Shown: positions 12,804 through 25,790, numbered from the stretch's first letter. The stretch is 64,000 bases of DNA from Octopus vulgaris (GCA_951406725.2 OX597836.1:41912001-41976000), one strand, 5' to 3'. Made by a program: numbers and translations. The notes: a model not told the origin generated them from the sequence alone.

Positions 12804-13218
12804 GCGAGGTGGTAGAATAGTTAGCACGCCGGGCGATATGCTCTGTGGTATTTCGTCTGCCTCTACGTTCTGAGTTCAAATTCCGCCGAGGTCGACTTTG
12901 CCTTTCATCCTTTCGGGGTCGATAAATTAAGTACCAGTTACGCACTGGCGTCGATGTAATCGACTTAATCCGTTTGTCTGTCCTTGTTTGCCCTCTCTGT
13001 GTTTAGCCCCTTGTGGGTAGTAAAGAAATAGGTATTTCGTCTGCCGCTACGTTTTGAGTTCAAATTCCGCCGAGGTCGACTTTGCCTTTCATCCTTTCGG
13101 AGGCGATAAATTAAGTACCAGTTACACACTGGGGTCGATATAATCGACTTAATCCATCTGTCTGTCCTTGTTTGTCCTCTCTGTGTTTAGCCCCTTGTGG
13201 GTAGTAAAGAAATAGGTA
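12804..13218 (+). mobile_element. SINE family B dimer
   Basis: Two tandem units with the AAATAG|GTATTTCGTC junction. Confidence 0.88.
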
Positions 13219-13641
13219 TGACTTTCAACAATTAGTATAGCATTCGATCAGTTAAGAGATTACAAATATTATTTGAAAGCATGATAAATGTGCGAAATAA
13301 ATATTTCAGTGAGGAAACCTAGGGCATCCGTATTTCACAAGACTTTTTATGACTTTTAACAACAACAACAACAACAATATCAACAACAACATGCATACAT
13401 ATATAAGTAAATCACAAACTGTAAAAAAAAGTAATGATTTCCAGTGAGACAATAAAAGAAAATAAAAGTTGTATTCGAAGAACACCTGATCGATATCTCA
13501 GAGAAGTGCTGACTTTCTTCCAATACAATAACACGCAAATATTTGCAGGAGACTATCCTCAGTGAATCATTGGTACAGGGTTTCGATCCTGATAGGAAAT
13601 TAAAAAATGCTTGTCAATGATGTGATATTGAATATTCTATG

Positions 13642-14023
13642 CTGCTGTTGCTGTTGAACAAACGGTCTTCGTCCCAGAGCTCGCAAGATGGGAGAAGTCC
13701 GAAACGTGGTCCTTTGCTATTCGTAAGACCCGCAGAAGAGAAAGTAGGTCAACCCTCGACACCGAGAGCATCGATGGATGGATGAATGCGCATCCAGGCT
13801 CAGCGGTTGCGTAGGAAGTCGGGGACAAGAAACAGGAAGAAAGAGTGAGAGAAATTTGGGGCGAAAGAGTACAACAGGGGTCGCCACCACCCCCTACCGG
13901 AGCATCGTGGAGCTTTAGGTGTTTTCGCTCAATAAACACACACAACACCCGGTCTGGGAATCGAAACCGCGATCCTCCGACCGCGAATCCGCTGCCCTAA
14001 CCACTGGGCCATTGCGTCTCCAC
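13642..14023 (-). mobile_element. SINE family C, tail A, with 13-bp TSD
   Basis: TGAATATTCTATG at 13629-13641 and 14024-14036. Confidence 0.92.
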
Positions 14024-14058
14024 TGAATATTCTATGTTGAAAATTGTGTGCGATATAT

Positions 14059-15262
14059 ACAGGGTGCGGTGAATAAATTGTCTAAATTACGCAAAATTGA
14101 AAATAATACTGACATCTCATTTTAACAGATATTGTGTAATTGTGATTGTGACTCCCTTCAGTCATGAATGACCATGGGATTGCACCAAGAAAGTTGCCCT
14201 CCGAGGTACAAGTCTGGGCAAGGTTGTTTATGGAAGACCAGCAGTCACCCATGCATACCAGCCTCCCTTCTCCACGCCACTGATGTTATCCAAGGGAAAG
14301 GCAAAGGCCGATACAGCTTGGCACCAGTGATGTCGCAGCTCATTTATTAACGTGCAAGTGGCTGAGCACTCCACAGACACGTGTACCTAAGGGTACACGT
14401 AGTTCTCGGGGAGATTCAGCGTGACACAGAGTGTGACAAGGCTGGCCCTTTGAAATACAGGTACAACAGAAACAAGAAGAAAGAGTAGAGAAAGTTGTGG
14501 TGAAAGAGTACAGCAGGGTTCACCACCATCCCCTGCCGGAGCCTCATGGAGCTTTAGGTGTTTTCGTTCAATAAACACTCACAATGCCCGGTCTGGGGAT
14601 CGAAACCGCGATCCTACGACCGCGAGTCCGCTGCCCAAACCACTGGGCCATTGCGCCTCCACTTTATCAGATATATTTACCAAAATTAAATAATGACATC
14701 TTGAAATACTAAAGAGTAAATTTATTCAATAAAATCGCCATTGGCTTCAACCACGGCCTCCAGACGATTTCGGAATCTCCTTCAGAATCTTCTGGATGGC
14801 CTCCTTGTTTAAGTTGGTGAATGTTGCTATAATCCTCGCCTTCGGTTCATCTTTGGTGTTACAAGTTTTGTCGGTCTCTCGCTCAACTGCGCCCCACACA
14901 TAATAATCAAGTGGGTTGCAGTGTGGAGAGTTAAGTAGCCAGATGTTTGGGATGGTGTAGTCGCAGAAATTGTCCGACAGTTATGACTATATTCTCCTGT
15001 TTGTGTGTGATGGTGCAGAGTCCTGTCGCCAGACGTAGGATGTTCCAGAGCCACCCTCTTGACCCAGGGCAGTACTACCTACTCTCGGTACATGTTTTGG
15101 GGACATGGCAAGCCAACGGTTGTTTCGTACGCTCAACATCTGTTCGTATTGGAGCTTCCGGCGTGAATGCCAAGCATTAGAACATGTCATTTCCAAATTT
15201 CTGACAGAGTGAATTGCATCATGGTGCTGTTTTGCTCACAGATGGTGCCCAACTGATCCAAC
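14059..15262 (-). mobile_element. Decayed maT/DD37D-like Tc1/mariner transposon, interrupted by a SINE
   Basis: Minus strand reads YVWRQDSAPSHT and WLLNSPHCNPLDYYVWGAVER. TA|CAGGGTGCGGTGAATAAATTGTC terminus at 14059. Confidence 0.7.
14150..14662 (-). mobile_element. SINE family C with tail C plus an extra module (E)
   Basis: Head at 14662. Tail C is shared with the 19280 copy; module 14150-14345 is shared with 40760-40915. Confidence 0.8.
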
Positions 15263-15439
15263 TAAAAAATATTCAGATAAATATATATAACAAAAACACC
15301 AGGACTAGCACGCAGAAAATAGCACAACGAGACACTGCACACATCCTACCTAAAACACTTTCAATACAGTAAAAATAAGAGCATCACAACAAACCACAGC
15401 ACATACTTAAGGCACTCAGAGCTGGGCTCGGTAGTGCAG

Positions 15440-15470
<31 letters not shown>

Positions 15471-15471
15471 A

Positions 15472-15518
<47 letters not shown>

Positions 15519-15521
15519 AAA

Positions 15522-15578
<57 letters not shown>
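15440..15578. repeat. (GAT)n/(AAT)n microsatellite
   Basis: Direct reading of the sequence. Confidence 0.95.
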
Positions 15579-15981
15579 TTAACCAGTTGAGCATGTCCCT
15601 TAGTGGCTGACGATATGTGCATCTCTGATCACGAGCAGAAGTAGTGGGGGAGCATCATGGCCATGTGTTGAGAGGGATTCTTTGGAGTTTGAATTGTTCA
15701 CCTCTGGAAACATAGGTGTTTCGTTCAACATCCTAAAGCAACCCTTATTCAGGGACCGTTTGAGCAGGATGGGCTACTCAACCTGAAGAAAATTCTAACT
15801 GGGCCCCACCTGCAAGGTCATGTGCTGTTTATCTTGATATGAGATCACCATATCGCGCACATATGGTTGTGATGCATGTGCCTGGTGTACCCTTATCAGA
15901 CGGGTAGTCATGATGGGTATATTGGGCTTCGTATATTTTACCCCAGTGTCACTTTGATGGCATGAACTGCTCTCTCACTCA
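15579..15981 (+). mobile_element. (AAT)n-embedded retroelement 3' part, 5'-truncated
   Basis: Same family as 8427; flanked by (AAT)n. Confidence 0.82.
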
Positions 15982-16026
15982 ATAATAATAATAATAATTA
16001 ATAATAATAATGATAATAATAATAAT

Positions 16027-16584
16027 GCCCTGATGCAGTACCAGGCAGTGGCTCTCGTGGCTTCTGATCTTAACTGATTGGAAGTGTTATCATGTACATT
16101 GTTTTGTCTTGGTATAAAAGATGGGCTACAGCAAATATTCTGCTCAAAACCACAGATTTGCTTGTCAGTTGTTTGACCTTAACCAGTTGAGCATGTCCCT
16201 TAGTGGTTGACGATATGTGCATCTCTGATCATGAGCAGAAGTAGTGGGGGAGCATCATAGCCATGTGTTGAGAGGGATTCTTAGGGGTTTGAATAATTCA
16301 CCTCTGGAAACATGGGTGTTTCGTTCAACATCCTTAAACAACCCTTATTCAGGGACCTTTTGGGCAGGATGGGCTACTCAACCAGTCGAAAATTCTAACT
16401 GGGCCCCACCTACAAGGTCATGTGCTGTTTATCTTGATATGAGATCACCATGTCGCGCACATATGGTTGTGATGCATGTGCCTGGTGTACCCTTATCAGA
16501 CGGGTAGTCATGATGGGTATACTGGGCTTCGTATGTTTTACCCCATTGTCACTTTGATGGCATACACTACTCTCTCACTCACTC

Positions 16585-16585
<1 letters not shown>
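16027..16585 (+). mobile_element. (AAT)n-embedded retroelement 3' part, longest copy (~560 bp)
   Basis: Same 3' end; followed by ~190 bp of (AAT/AGT)n. Confidence 0.82.
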
Positions 16586-16636
<51 letters not shown>

Positions 16637-16651
16637 GTAGTAGTAGTAGTA

Positions 16652-16696
<45 letters not shown>

Positions 16697-16708
16697 GTAG
16701 TAGTAGTA

Positions 16709-16781
<73 letters not shown>

Positions 16782-17139
16782 TCTTGCTCACAAAGACGAC
16801 AAAAGAACATGCGGAAAAACCAGGAAAACACCTACAATGGACACGGGTATATTCAACCCTTCATCAGTTGCCGACCTTTTATATAGCACGTATGCACATA
16901 TGTACTTACGTACGTACATACATACAAATATGCACACATACATGTACACACATACATTATCTTTAAACACTATGGTTATGTCAATGGGTTTATGCGTATG
17001 TATGCTCCCGTATATGTGTCTATGCATTTAATATCTGTATTATACTAGTTACTTATATCCATAGTAACAACACCTCATCGCACTCTCCTAATTATTATCT
17101 TCGACCAGTCTCTTAACCCACATAACTTAGGGGTAATTT

Positions 17140-17546
17140 AGGCACAGGAGAGGCTGTGTGGTAAGTAGCTTACTTCCCAACTACATAGTTCTAGGTTCAG
17201 TCCCACTGCGTGGCACCTTGGGCAAGTGTCTTCTACTATAGCCTCGGGCTGACCAAAGCCTTGTGAGTGGATTTGGTAGACGGAAACTGAAAGAAGCCCG
17301 TCGTATATATGTATATGTATATATGTATGTGTGTGTATATGTTTGTGTGTCTGTGTTTGTCCCCCCAACATCGCTTGACAACCGATGTTGGAGTGTTTAT
17401 GTCCCCGTCACTTAGCGGTTCGGCAAAAGAGACTGATGGAATCAGTACTAGGCTTACAAAGAATAAGTCCTGGGGTCGAGTTGCTCGACTACAGGCGGTG
17501 CTCCAGCATGGCCGCAGTCAAATGACTGAAGCAAGTAAAAGAGTAA
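17140..17546 (+). mobile_element. SINE family A
   Basis: Full-length family match. Confidence 0.9.
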
Positions 17547-18004
17547 TACAACTATTCCCCTATTCCGCTATTCCACTATTGCACTATTCTTCTCTTCCAC
17601 CATTCTACTATTCTGCATTTCACCTCCTTTCAGCACCACAAACAAATATTCCGGTTATACCTGACCTACCATTCTATCATACATTTGAAGACTTATCCAA
17701 TCCAGTCAGCAAAATGGGCGGTCAACTTCGGACATAGATTTTATAGCTGCACATTACTGATATTAAATGTCTTCAACTGGGAATTTAGAACGCTTATTTC
17801 TGATATTATAGTTTCGGTCAATTATTTTCTTTCTTTGTACTTCAGTTATGTTGATTGGAAATTGTTATTGATTTCTTGTGGTCTTGTGGTCTCATGGTCT
17901 TGTGATAAATGATGTAGGTTAAAACGTTGTATCTATGGTCGTAAGACTGTGGTTTCGATTCCTGAACTATGCATTATGTTCTTGAGCAAAACGCTTGCAT
18001 CAGT

Positions 18005-18494
18005 AATGACATGCATAAGATCTGGTCATCAAACCTAAGTAGAGACTTCAAACTTGAAATCTTCAAAGCTACAATCGAACCAATTCTACTATATGGTTCA
18101 GAAACCTGGACGTTATCAAAGAAGCTTGAGAGACGGTTGGATAGAACCTACACTCACCTCCTTATGAGAGCTCAAAATCTCTCATGGAAGCGTCATCCAA
18201 CCAAAATGCAAATATATGGGAAATTACCACCTGTGTCATCTCTTGTGAAAGGTAGAAGAGTCCAGTTTGCTGGACATTGTTGTGGAGCTGAAAACGAGGT
18301 GATTTCTACTCTTCTCCTCTGGAAGCCATCTACTCGCAATACCAGAGGGGGCACACTCGCCTACCCTGATGTAATCTCCAGGGATACAGGCATCCAGCAA
18401 CAGGACCTCCGTAATGCTATGATGGACCGTGAAGTCTGGCGTAGCATGGTAAATTCCATTGTCTCGACCACGGTCGAATAATGATGATGATGAG
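18005..18494 (+). mobile_element. 5'-truncated RTE/RTE-X LINE with (GAT)n tail and 9-bp TSD
   Basis: ORF end ILLYGSETWTL...RRVQFAGHC...MMDREVWR...STTVE*. TSD TGCATCAGT at 17996-18004 and 18495-18503. Confidence 0.9.
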
Positions 18495-18728
18495 TGCATC
18501 AGTCCAATTAGCTGGCAAAAATTAGTAATCTGGTGCCAGACGGGCCGAGGTGCGTCTACGAGGAGGAATATGAAAGCCACAGAATGCAGGAAACACCGGA
18601 GTTATGAGCATATGGCTCCGAAAGACCCTTCATCCTTTTCATACAAACACATGCATACACACTCGCGCATGCGCTTGCACGCATGCATGCATGCATTTAT
18701 GTATGTATGTATGTATGTGTGTATGTAT

Positions 18729-19258
18729 GGTAACATGTAACCCAGTACCACCTGTTGCATGGTCGGGTCGTCGGCGACTAAACCGGCAACCCCACCATGC
18801 TCGCTTGGTGAGGAGGGTATTTATTGGACACCCTGCGGGATGAAAAACAAAACCCGTCAAAGGGCGGAGGAACTCTTGAGAGTCAACGGCCATCCAATAA
18901 ATGTCTTAAGGCTGTATCATGCGCGGGGACATAGAAATAATCGGATTGAATACCCTATCGCTTGGTTAAACCATTGGGAGTGAAGGACTCCTAGGCTTTG
19001 TTAGGACATCCTTCTAGGAGAAGATAACTCAGGAAACTGGGATAACTCCGACATAAAACCTGCGGCTCAGTGGTTACCGATGATGTTGACTTGTTCTTCT
19101 TTTCGGATTATGGCTGCTGTTGCTTAGTGAGTGGGATTGACTCAGTGCACAGCCTTTCCTCACTTAAAAAAAAATCTTCTTGCACAGGAATTGCATGATA
19201 ACAACATTGATTAAGCTTCGTGCAATGGCCATACTCGATTACGAGGGGGCAGCCACCA
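18729..19258 (+). mobile_element. (TATG)n-embedded non-coding retroelement (RTE-UTR-like), slightly 5'-truncated
   Basis: Three copies (18729, 27545, 48575), all flanked by (TATG)n. Confidence 0.8.
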
Positions 19259-19279
19259 TGTATGTATGTACATATGTAT

Positions 19280-19580
19280 GTGGAGGCGCAATGGCCCAGT
19301 TGTTAGGGCAGCGGACTCGCGGTCGTAGGATCGCGGTTTCGATTCCCAGACCGGGCGTTGTGAGTGCTTATTGAGCGAAAACACCTAAAGATCCACGAGG
19401 CTCCGACAGGGAGAGGTGGTGAACCCTGCTGTACTCTTTCACCACAACTTTCTCTCATTCTTTCTTCCTCTTTCTGTTGTACCTCTATTTCGAAGGACCA
19501 GCCTTGTCACACTCTGTGTCACACTGAATCTCTCCGAGAACTACGTTAAGGGTACACGTGTCTGTGGAGTGCTCAGCCAT
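19280..19580 (+). mobile_element. SINE family C, tail C
   Basis: Family C head and core, then CCAGCCTTGTCACACTCTGTGTCAC...GGAGTGCTCAGCCA. Confidence 0.85.
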
Positions 19581-19591
19581 TTCGGGGTGGT

Positions 19592-19724
19592 AAATATTTT
19601 CGTCGCTTTGAGACCGCGACATGTTCACTGACAAAATGTAGCACGGAATTTTGAGACCGCGACAAAATTCCGAGCTACATTTTGTCAGTGAATAGGTCGC
19701 GGTCTCAAAGCGACGAAAATATTT
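19592..19724. repeat. Palindrome with ~62-bp arms; part of a dispersed repeat also at 9497-9625
   Basis: AAATATTTTCGTCGCTTTGAGACCGCGAC...GTCGCGGTCTCAAAGCGACGAAAATATTT. Confidence 0.9.
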
Positions 19725-20089
19725 TGACAAATTAAATTAAAATGTTGAAGTGAATCTAACGGTTTTTGCGTGTTTCTTAAATGGCTTATAAACATCTTCC
19801 ACGCTGCAAATGTTTTCGTTCCAGCACACGATCTCAGATCAGGTCACTTGCTATGCAAGTGCATCTCCGTAATTATGTTTCTTTCTTTTCTGGAAACTCG
19901 CCGCGTGCCAACAGCTGCTGGCTCGTGGACTGGCACTGGTTCATGGACCACCACTTTGAGTAGCGCTGCTTTAGAAGACAGTAGGAGGTTTTAAATTGAG
20001 GGTGACTTAGCTGTGGCTTGTGGCTTGTGGCATGTCAGACAACTACGTTGAGAGTCCCTCGTAGTAGTGGTTGTTGTAAAGACGGAGGT

Positions 20090-20510
20090 AGGTGGTAGTG
20101 TTGGTGATGAAAGGTGTGTGTGTACGTGTGAAGTGGGGAGGTTGTGGTGGCAGTAGTGGCAGTGGTGGTTATGTTGACGTTATGTTGGTGACGGCGATAG
20201 TAATACTGGTGAATAGTGGTGGTGGTGGTGGTGGGGTTAGTCATGATGTTGTTCTTGATGTTGCGGTTGTTGATGATGAAGACGATGATGTTGATGATGA
20301 GGAGGAGGTTGTGGAGCAGGAGAGGGATGGGGAGGTGGTTGGGAAGGGAGAGGAGGAGGAGGAGGAGGAGGAGGAGGAGGAGAAGTAGGAAGAGGAGGAG
20401 GGCGACAACGACGCCCCCGTCGACGGCGACGATGATCAAGATGATGATGATGATGATGATGAGGATGATGAGGATGATAGTGGTGATGATGATTGTGGTG
20501 GTGATGATGG

Positions 20511-20556
<46 letters not shown>

Positions 20557-20570
20557 GATGGTGATGATGT

Positions 20571-20616
<46 letters not shown>

Positions 20617-20702
20617 GATGGTGGTGATAACAACGACGACCACGACAACCACAATGCCGACGGGGTGGATGAAGCGACAGCGACAATGACGACGACGACG
20701 AC

Positions 20703-20760
<58 letters not shown>
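20090..20760. repeat. (GAT/GGT/GAG)n low-complexity tract
   Basis: Direct reading of the sequence. Confidence 0.9.
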
Positions 20761-21099
20761 ACAGTGTTGGCAGTGTCGCCGCTGGTGTCTCGTGGCAGAA
20801 GAGGCGGAGAGGCGGTTGGAGGAGTGGATAGGAGGAGTAGGAGGATAGGGGGCGCTCCAGGCGTCGCGGATAGATGAAATACCACAGCTTGACACACATA
20901 AAAACTATGAAACCTAAATACATCATGTGACCCGCGAAGCCAAAGATTATAAAAATTCTTTGAAAATATAAACACACGCAAAAAGGGGGGGGGTGAGCAG
21001 TCTGATATTTACTTTGGAATAAAGAACACCGCCCTTCGCTTCAATTTTTGACTTCGAGATGGGAGAAAGCTATTTCAAACATGCAGACGTCATTATGGA

Positions 21100-22670
21100 C
21101 ACATACACACATACATACATACATACATATATGCATACATACATACATACATACATATATACATACATACACACATACATACAAACATACATACATGCAT
21201 ACACACACACATATACACATACATAAATACACATACATACATGCATACACATATATACACATACATACATGCATGCATATATACACATATAAACACATAC
21301 ATACATACATGCATACATACATACACATATAAGCACCTACATACATATATACATACACATATATACACATACATACATACATACATACACATATATACAC
21401 ATACATACGTACGTACATACACATATACACATACATACATACATACATATACAGATACATACATGCATACACACATACAAACATACATACATACACATAT
21501 ATACACATACATACACATACATACATACAAACATACATACATACATACATACATACATACATAGATGCATGCATACATACATACATACATACATGCATGC
21601 ATACACATATAAACACATACATACATACGTACATACATGCATACATGCATACATACATATATACACATATATACACATACGTACATACATACGTACATAC
21701 ATACATACATACATACATACATACATACATACACACATGCATACATAAATACATACATACATACACACATACATACATACATACACATATATACACATAC
21801 ATACATACAAATATATATACATACACGCATACATACACATATAAATACATACATACATATATACATACAAATATACATATTACACACATACATACATACA
21901 TACATACATACATACATACATGCATACACATATAAACACATACATACATACATACATAAATACGTACATACATGCATACATGCATACATGCATACATACA
22001 CATACAAGCACATACGTGCATACATACATACACATATATACACATACATACATATATACACATACATACACATACGTACATGCAAACATACATACATACA
22101 TACATACATATATACATACATACATACATACATACATACATACATACATACATACATACATAAATACATACATACATACATACATAAATACATACATACA
22201 TACATACATACATACATACATACATACATAAATACATACATACATACATACATACATACATAAATACATACATACATACATACATACATACATACATACA
22301 TACATACATACATAAATACATACATACATACATACATACATACATACATACATACATAAATACATACATAAATACATACATACATACATACATAAATACA
22401 TACATACATACATACATACATACATACATACATACATACATACATACATAAATACATACATACATACATACATACATACATACATAAATACATACATAGA
22501 TACATACATACATACATACATACATACATACATACATACATACATACATAAATACATACATAAATACATACATACATACATACATACATACACACATACA
22601 TACATACATACATACATACATACATACATAAATACATACATAAATACATACATACATACATACATACATA
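21100..22670. repeat. ~1.6-kb (CATA)n microsatellite, degenerate on the left and purer on the right
   Basis: Direct reading of the sequence. Confidence 0.95.
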
Positions 22671-22762
22671 CGTGGAGGTGCTGAAAAGTTCCGAGTTCTT
22701 TTGTAGGGCTTAGGAAAACTGAAGGACTGCTACAACAAGTGTGTGAACCTGAGAGGGGAATA
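22669..22762 (+). mobile_element. Short mariner-like remnant
   Basis: TACGTGGAGGTGCTGAAAAGTT terminus-like sequence and KLKDCYNKCVNLRGEY, resembling the mariner C-terminal RW.KC...G.Y. Confidence 0.45.
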
Positions 22763-22993
22763 TACTCTTTTTGTTTACTCTTTTACATGCCTCAGTCATT
22801 TGACTGCGGCCATGCTGGAGCACCACCTTTAGTCGAGCAAATCGATCCCAGGACTTATACTTTGTAAGCCCAGTACTTATTCTATCGGTCTCTTTTGCTG
22901 AACCGCTAATTTACGGAGACGTAAACACACCAGCATCGGTTGTCAAGCGATGTTAGGTGTGTGGGACAAACACACACACAAACATGTACACAC

Positions 22994-23055
<62 letters not shown>

Positions 23056-23213
23056 GACGAGCTTCTTTCAGTTTCCGTCTACTAATTCCGCTCAGAAGGC
23101 TTTGGCCCGAGGCTATAGAAGAAGACACTTGCCCAAGGTGTAAACGCAGTGGAACTGAACCTGGAACCATGTGGTTCGTAAGCAAGCTACTTACCACACA
23201 GCCACTCCTACGC
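22763..23213 (-). mobile_element. SINE family A
   Basis: Family match. Confidence 0.88.
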
Positions 23214-23372
23214 AATGTTTACAATTCATTCACCTCACCTGTTGATTCCTCTTGTGAGTTCTCAGGCCACCGAAAGTACATAATTGTGTGTGTGTGAGAG
23301 AGAGAGATAGAGGTACAAAGAAAGAGAGAAAGAGAGGAAAGTGGGCAGATTCGTTAAAGAGTAGAATATGAT

Positions 23373-23792
23373 ACCTATTTCTTTACTACCCACAAGGAGC
23401 TAAACACAGAGGGGACAAACAAGGACAGACAAACGGATTAAGTCGATTATATCGACCTCAGTGCGTAACTGGTACTTATTTAATCGACCCCGAAAGGACG
23501 AAAGGCAAAGTCGACCTCGCCGGAATTTGAACTCAGAACGTGACGGCAGACGAAATACCTATTTCTTTACTACCCACAAGGGGCTAAACACAGAGGGGAC
23601 AAACAAGGACCAACAAAGGGATTAAGTCGATTATATCAACTTCAGTGCGTAACTGGTACTTATTTAATCGACCCCGAAAGGATGAAAGGCAAAGTCGACC
23701 TCGACAGAATTTGAACTCAGAACGTGACGGCAGACGAAATACCGCTAAGCATTTCGCCTGGCGTGCTAACGTTTGCGCCAGCTCACCGCCTT
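23373..23792 (-). mobile_element. SINE family B dimer
   Basis: Two tandem units. Confidence 0.88.
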
Positions 23793-23955
23793 AAGAGTCG
23801 AATATAATACCCTGCGTACTTGTTCGAACCTTCTGCACAATGTGTTCAAATCTAGCGAGGTCAACGCGCATTGAGAGCTGTAGACGCTTTTGCTCTATCT
23901 TCCTCATTCTCATCTTGTCCTTTCCTCCCTCTTTCTCTCATTCTTTCTTATGCCC

Positions 23956-23986
<31 letters not shown>

Positions 23987-24293
23987 CTTCCCTCTCGCCC
24001 TATTCGTGCGCATCAGCCATGTTGCATTTTGTAAAAGTCTTAGAATTTTCTATACTGTTATTTTCTATGGAAATACAGAAAGGTTACAAGCGGGGGTCAG
24101 CAAAAACACGTCACACTTTTCAATGGAAAAGAAAAAATTATATTATTGAAAGTGTCAAAGTATGGGCTGTCGTACAGCGCACCAACTGACGGAAGTACGC
24201 TCATATCCGTGTGTGTGTGTGCGTGCGTGCGTTTCGAAGTACACACATATCCGTGTGTGTGTTTGTGTGTGTGTACTACTGCATATATACACC

Positions 24294-24379
<86 letters not shown>

Positions 24380-24736
24380 TATATATATATATATGTATAT
24401 GTTTATATATTTATATATTTATTGCTTAGTATTACTTAAATTTTCCTCGAATGAGGCTTTTACATGCCGAAGACTACTTGGTGTAATTGATAATTATTCC
24501 AAATTAATTAATTTCACCCTTCATTATTACGGATAACCATATTTTATCTCAGTAGATGACCACAGCATCTTGTTTTGGCTACACGCGGGTGGGAAGGGGC
24601 TGGTGACACAGTCTTTTCATTCACACTTTGAGTTTGGTGATACTGGTTGCGGATTCTAGCTCGCTCTGATACTGAGTTGAGTTGGTGCCTTCTAGTATCT
24701 CAAAATTCAATATATAATCATTTATGATTATAGTAT

Positions 24737-24837
24737 TCTACGCTGAAGAGAAAAGAAGTTTGGGGTAAGGTAGAATTATTTAATATTTAATTCTTATGCT
24801 TTCCTAAAAACTTGATTTCGAAACGTGCGTCCGTAGA
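24737..24837 (+). ncRNA. Type I hammerhead ribozyme motif with long stem II
   Basis: Stem I TCTACG/CGTAGA; CTGAAGA at 24743-49; stem II closed by GAAA/TTTC, AAGTTT/AAACTT and AGAATTA/TAATTCT; GAAA at 24820-23; short stem III C-GTGC-G; GTC cleavage triplet ending at 24831. Confidence 0.75.
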
Positions 24838-25062
24838 TAACTTAAAATTGTATGATAGATTGCCGTCTATTCAACCTCTCTTACCTGTTTGTGTCTGCCT
24901 CCCAATTGCTGTTTTTACTGAGAACTCCTTTTTTAGTAGAAGAAATAGCTATAACCCTTTGACTGCTATTTCTAAATTCGGTATGTGGTAAGGCAATTCG
25001 TTGCTAAACCCTTTATTGCTTAGTATAAATATATATATATATTTTTATAAATATATATATAA

Positions 25063-25127
<65 letters not shown>

Positions 25128-25149
25128 AGAACAAAGTGTACGTACGTCG

Positions 25150-25234
<85 letters not shown>

Positions 25235-25240
25235 TATATA

Positions 25241-25607
25241 AAATACAAAATGGGACAAGAACGCAAAACATTCGGACAACTAGCTAATACAAAAAGGGAC
25301 AGCAAAACATCTAGATAGACGATACAAAAAAAAAAAAACAAGGATGGGTCATCCGAAGCCTTCTATCCTCAGGCAAGAACCAGATTATCCTCGCAATTTC
25401 GGCTGATTAATCTTGAGATTGCTCCAATCTGGCCAGCCTCAAGGAAAAAATTAAGCGAAGAGCATTAGATTCATTAGAAGAAAGTATCGAATGCATACAA
25501 AAAACACAAATATAAATACAATAAAAGTAATAACAGGACATAACAACAGGTGTCTTTCGACTGGGGACGAATTGAATTCAGCTGGCGTGTGTGGAAATGA
25601 AGCCTTA
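25241..25607. mobile_element. (TA)n-associated dispersed repeat P3 (possible PLE pseudo-LTR)
   Basis: AAATACAAAATGGGACAAGAACGCAAA start shared with 48198, 59581 and (inverted) 43010-43092. Always adjacent to (TA)n or (TG)n. Confidence 0.6.
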
Positions 25608-25790
25608 CATATATATATATACAAATTGAGATAGGGGTTGTAAATGCAACCCTCCATGGGATAACATATATCCAATTTACTGCTAGTGAAGTACCCAACA
25701 AAGTTAATACATAAATGTTAAGAATTGCGATGCAATTAATTCATTTACTGTATTATATGGGCAAAGGTAAAATGATTTACCACAAATTAA

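Noticed and set aside
13695-13720. GTCC-GAAA-CGTGGTC in SINE C tail A (antisense)
   Set aside because: Resembles the 3' half of a hammerhead, but no copy has a CUGANGA box.
18759-18983. 74-aa ORF conserved in three copies (MVGSSATKPATPP...)
   Set aside because: Its conservation follows from high nucleotide identity among repeat copies. It has no recognisable domain and overlaps the structured region.
21041-22669. 542-aa and overlapping ORFs (MYVC/HTYI repeats), also at 44281-45361 and 49379-50977
   Set aside because: Translations of (CATA)n, which lacks stop codons in several frames. Not genes.
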